Part shown: positions 61,213 to 64,000 of the stretch, piece after piece | How positions within the stretch are numbered: the stretch's first letter is position 1 | Layout: each line of letters starts with the position of its first letter | From: Candidatus Bathyarchaeota archaeon | GTDB taxonomy: Archaea; Thermoproteota; Bathyarchaeia; Bathyarchaeales; Bathycorpusculaceae | Length of the DNA: 64,000 nucleotides | Direction: 5' to 3' | NCBI GenBank assembly: GCA_963832745.1 | Contig: CAWHVC010000001.1 | Location: forward strand, 640,001-704,000 | Position numbers and translations under genes: made by a program | Notes under the pieces: generated by a model | The model's input: the letters and a program-made list of their open reading frames with translations, nothing else | Databases searched by the model: none | What the model was told of the DNA's origin: nothing

Positions 61213-61964
61213 CCCTTATTTCCTTTTTTGGTTGCTTGACGCCAGTAATAATCAAAAACATCCTGTACCCAGCCCAAAAACGTTGGGTCATCCCCAAGAA
61301 AACCTGTGTAATCCACTTTACCGTCAACCTGCAAAAAACAGACACAACCAAACCCTTCAGTTAAAACCAGAATCAACGGCAACTCTGGAATTCCGTATCC
61401 TTCAACGTTTGGCGTTTTGATTGCCTCGTCAGGCTTAGGCAGGCGATTTTGTGGAACGAGGAATTTAAATTTTAAGCCTTCACGCATTTTCTGGTCCATT
61501 TTAGATATCATGTGTTCAGGAATTGTGCCTTCGGCTATGCCGCAGCCGAAACTTTTAGCGTTAACGTATGCTTGCTCTGCCCTGTTTAAGTTTGCAATGG
61601 TGTCCAAACTCAGTTGTGCCCCAGAAAGCTCGCTTAACCGGTTAATGAATTGGGGAGGAAGTAGCATAATGTTGTGCGTAGAAAAGTAATCTTTGTTTTT
61701 TGAAACAAAATCCAATGATGACGATGCTTGCAGCACTATTTTTCCATACTCTGAAACGGTGAAGGCGCCGTCTGGTTGCCTTTTAACAAGCCCTGCCGTG
61801 CTTAACCGTTCCAGTTGCCTGAAAGCTTCAGTCGCAGTCACGTTTAATCGGCGGGCGATTTCCTGCATCTTCAAACTGTCCTTTTGAAGCAACCGTAAAA
61901 TTGAAACCCTACTCTGGCTTGCAAGCTCAAAAAACAGTTTCTCTAAACCTAACTCTTCGCCCAA
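61209..61964 (-). CDS. Archaeal ArsR-like winged-helix transcription regulator (DUF1724 type)
   Basis: LFFELASQSRVSIL...EAFRQLERL...LVKR.PDG.F.VSEYG; C-terminal W..DVFDYYW. Confidence 0.8.
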   Translation of the reverse strand: MGEELGLEKLFFELASQSRVSILRLLQKDSLKMQEIARRLNVTATEAFRQLERLSTAGLVKRQPDGAFTVSEYGKIVLQASSSLDFVSKNKDYFSTHNIMLLPPQFINRLSELSGAQLSLDTIANLNRAEQAYVNAKSFGCGIAEGTIPEHMISKMDQKMREGLKFKFLVPQNRLPKPDEAIKTPNVEGYGIPELPLILVLTEGFGCVCFLQVDGKVDYTGFLGDDPTFLGWVQDVFDYYWRQATKKGNKG

Positions 61965-62070
61965 ACTTTAAGCACCTAACCTAAACATTTCACACTGTTG
62001 CTAACAACTAAGCAACCGCGTCAAATAAAACTAATCACAAATCCTGCACTAATATTTTTGAGGAAAAAAT

Positions 62071-62343
62071 ATGAATAATCAAAACAGCAAAGCTCGCGTC
62101 TTCACGGTTGAACTGAAATCAAAAAGAAGCCTCAAAAACGTGATGTTAACAAACGGCTCAGAAGACAATGTTCTTTTGGAGGGAACAATCGGTGAATTTG
62201 TAGCCGCAAAATTTGCTGAAGGCATAATTTTTGAAGTTACAGGCACAGAAGGCGTTCTCCGGGTCGACCTGTCCGCGGAAGAAATACAAACAACTCTCCA
62301 AAACGGTTTGAAATCAAAACAGGAGGTGACAATTGATGGATAA
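62071..62343 (+). CDS. Hypothetical protein
   Basis: 90 aa, GAGG RBS, overlaps the flavodoxin start. Confidence 0.6.
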   Translation: MNNQNSKARVFTVELKSKRSLKNVMLTNGSEDNVLLEGTIGEFVAAKFAEGIIFEVTGTEGVLRVDLSAEEIQTTLQNGLKSKQEVTIDG

Positions 62344-62890
62344 AGCCTTAATTGTTTACGGAACCCGTTACGGTGCAGCAGCTAGTACAGCGGCAGAAAT
62401 CGCAAGAATCTTCCGTCAAGAAGGCTTAGACACAAGAATTGTTGATGCTGAAAAAGAAAAAATCCAAGACTTAACCATGTACGGTTTGGTTGTGGTTGGT
62501 AGCGGTATACAAATTAACCGTTGGACAAGCGGGCCAGAAAAATTTCTTAAAAAACACCAAAAAGAACTTAGGCACAAAAAAGTTGCCCTCTATGTATGCT
62601 GCGGCGCCGCAACAATAACTGACTCAGAGAAAGCTGTTGAAACAGAAAAGATGAAAAACAAGTATCTTGATGAAAAAGCCGCCAAGTACGGTTTAGAACC
62701 TGTTGCATTAGGTTTCTTTGGTGGAGTCTATAATTATAACAAGGTACCGTGGTGGGCTAAGAAGGCTTTGGACACTGAAAGACCAAAAGTTGAAGCAACC
62801 GCTAAACAGACTAACCCCGGAGTGTACGACACTCGCGACTGGACCGCCATAAGGGAATGGGCAAAAGAGTTAACAGAAAAAACGGTTTAA
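62333..62890 (+). CDS. Flavodoxin-domain protein (HemG-like family)
   Basis: IVYGTRYGA, VVGSGI, FFGG, DTRDW.AIREWA. Confidence 0.85.
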   Translation: MMDKALIVYGTRYGAAASTAAEIARIFRQEGLDTRIVDAEKEKIQDLTMYGLVVVGSGIQINRWTSGPEKFLKKHQKELRHKKVALYVCCGAATITDSEKAVETEKMKNKYLDEKAAKYGLEPVALGFFGGVYNYNKVPWWAKKALDTERPKVEATAKQTNPGVYDTRDWTAIREWAKELTEKTV

Positions 62891-63099
62891 ACCAAATCGG
62901 AACTACTATACCAACCATTGTCAAAATTGCTACGGACTTCTTCGGGGTTAACCATCCTTTTTGTCTCAAAAATGTTCTTGGGTTTACTATTTTTTGTTAA
63001 CCGCAGAATAGTATCCGAGAGGGTTTCGTTGCCTTTTCTTTCTTTAATCAGGGCGCTGTAGGCTTCTTGTGTAACCGTAATATTTTTACCGTTAAACAT
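62887..63099 (-). CDS. VapB-type antitoxin-like DNA-binding protein (DUF217-like)
   Basis: KNITVTQEAY..L...RKGNETLSDTILRL. Confidence 0.65.
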   Translation of the reverse strand: MFNGKNITVTQEAYSALIKERKGNETLSDTILRLTKNSKPKNIFETKRMVNPEEVRSNFDNGWYSSSDLV

Positions 63100-63228
63100 A
63101 AAATAAACTATGAAGCTTTAAAATAAAAAAGCTTACTCAACCTTGCAACCCAGTTTTTCTGCAAATCCAAAATGCTACCTTCTTATACCCCTGTATAAAC
63201 AAACATTAGACAACAGGAGCGCCAAAGC

Positions 63229-64000
63229 TTGCCTAAACTAGCCCAACCATTACAAATTAAAGGATACACTTTACGGAACCGGATTGTTTTTCCGCCGATG
63301 CAAAGCGGACGCGCAGACTTTGATGGCTCAATAACAAATAAACTCATCAACTTTTACGTTCGTCGTTCTGAAAACGTCGGATTGCCCATAGTAGAACACG
63401 CATATATTGACTTGTTGGGCAAAATTGGGCCAAAACAACTCGGCATATACAACGACTCCCTTATCGATGGATACGAAAAACTTGCCTCTGCCATCCACAG
63501 CGTCGGCGCACCCGCAATAGTTCAAATCTCACATGCAGGCGGAGTGGCAAACAGAAAAGTCATCCATAACCAACCTGCCGGACCATCTTCAGCGGGAAAA
63601 ACACGTATGCTCGAAGTTTGCGAGCTTCATGCAATTACTGAGCAGTTCACGGCGGCGGCTGAACGTGCAATAAAAGCCGGATTTGACGGTGTCGAACTTC
63701 ATGGCGCCCACGGTTACCTGCTTAACCAATTCTTTTCACCGCTGCTAAACAAACGCGAAGATGAATACGGTGGTAATCTGGAAAAGCGTATGCATTTCCC
63801 CCTGCAAGTTACTGAAGCGGTACGTCAACGCATAGGAAATGATAAGTTGTTGCTTTACCGGTTGGGCTCTGACGATTTAGCGCCTCATGGCACGCATATT
63901 GAGGACGCGATTGTTTTTGCACGGAAACTTGAGGCGGCAGGAGTAGATATTTTGGACGTGTCAGGTGGCATGTGCGGCAGCAACCCTAAACAGTTCAAGC
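63229..64000 (+). CDS. NADH:flavin oxidoreductase (Old Yellow Enzyme family), truncated by the window end
   Basis: TTG start after GGAG; LRNRIVFPPM, QISHAG, AGFDGVELHGAHGYLLNQF.SP..NKREDEYGG. Confidence 0.9.
   Translation, partial: MPKLAQPLQIKGYTLRNRIVFPPMQSGRADFDGSITNKLINFYVRRSENVGLPIVEHAYIDLLGKIGPKQLGIYNDSLIDGYEKLASAIHSVGAPAIVQISHAGGVANRKVIHNQPAGPSSAGKTRMLEVCELHAITEQFTAAAERAIKAGFDGVELHGAHGYLLNQFFSPLLNKREDEYGGNLEKRMHFPLQVTEAVRQRIGNDKLLLYRLGSDDLAPHGTHIEDAIVFARKLEAAGVDILDVSGGMCGSNPKQFK

Noticed and set aside
1429-63525. Numerous 60-180 aa ORFs antisense to or nested in longer genes
   Set aside because: Shadow frames of well-supported genes, with no motifs or RBS.

Overview
Archaeal chromosome segment, most likely Bathyarchaeia (inferred from the TFB, aIF1, single-OB SSB, a secreted PQQ-like propeller protein and the integrase C-terminal motifs). 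Bases 1-30.9 kb are mostly core or surface functions: a giant modular surface protein, a glycosylation cluster, 2-oxoacid:ferredoxin oxidoreductase, a thiolase-like/DUF35-HMG-CoA synthase pair, pncB, an ABC exporter, aIF1 and TFB. A tRNA-Gln(TTG) at 30897-30972 is the integration site of a ~14.9-kb element (22-bp att repeat at 30948 and 45804). Its tyrosine integrase is split SSV-style: the short N-terminal piece lies at the far end, in frame across att. The element carries a closely spaced dcm-PRTase-ORC/CDC6-like ATPase-tandem Rossmann/CARF-like operon divergent from vsr, a DUF3987-type replication module and a MORC-like ATPase. A probable second, older element (45826-54548) follows in tandem with a DUF2075-NUDIX-SauUSI-like operon. 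The best candidates for undescribed biology are the methylase-led PRTase/ATPase operon, a thiolase lacking all canonical catalytic residues next to a DUF35-HMGCS fusion, and a dispersed, phased CTAT/G-string non-coding repeat. Single-base frameshifts are common, even in a core gene, so many are probably sequencing errors. All family calls come from reading motifs by eye; no searches were run.
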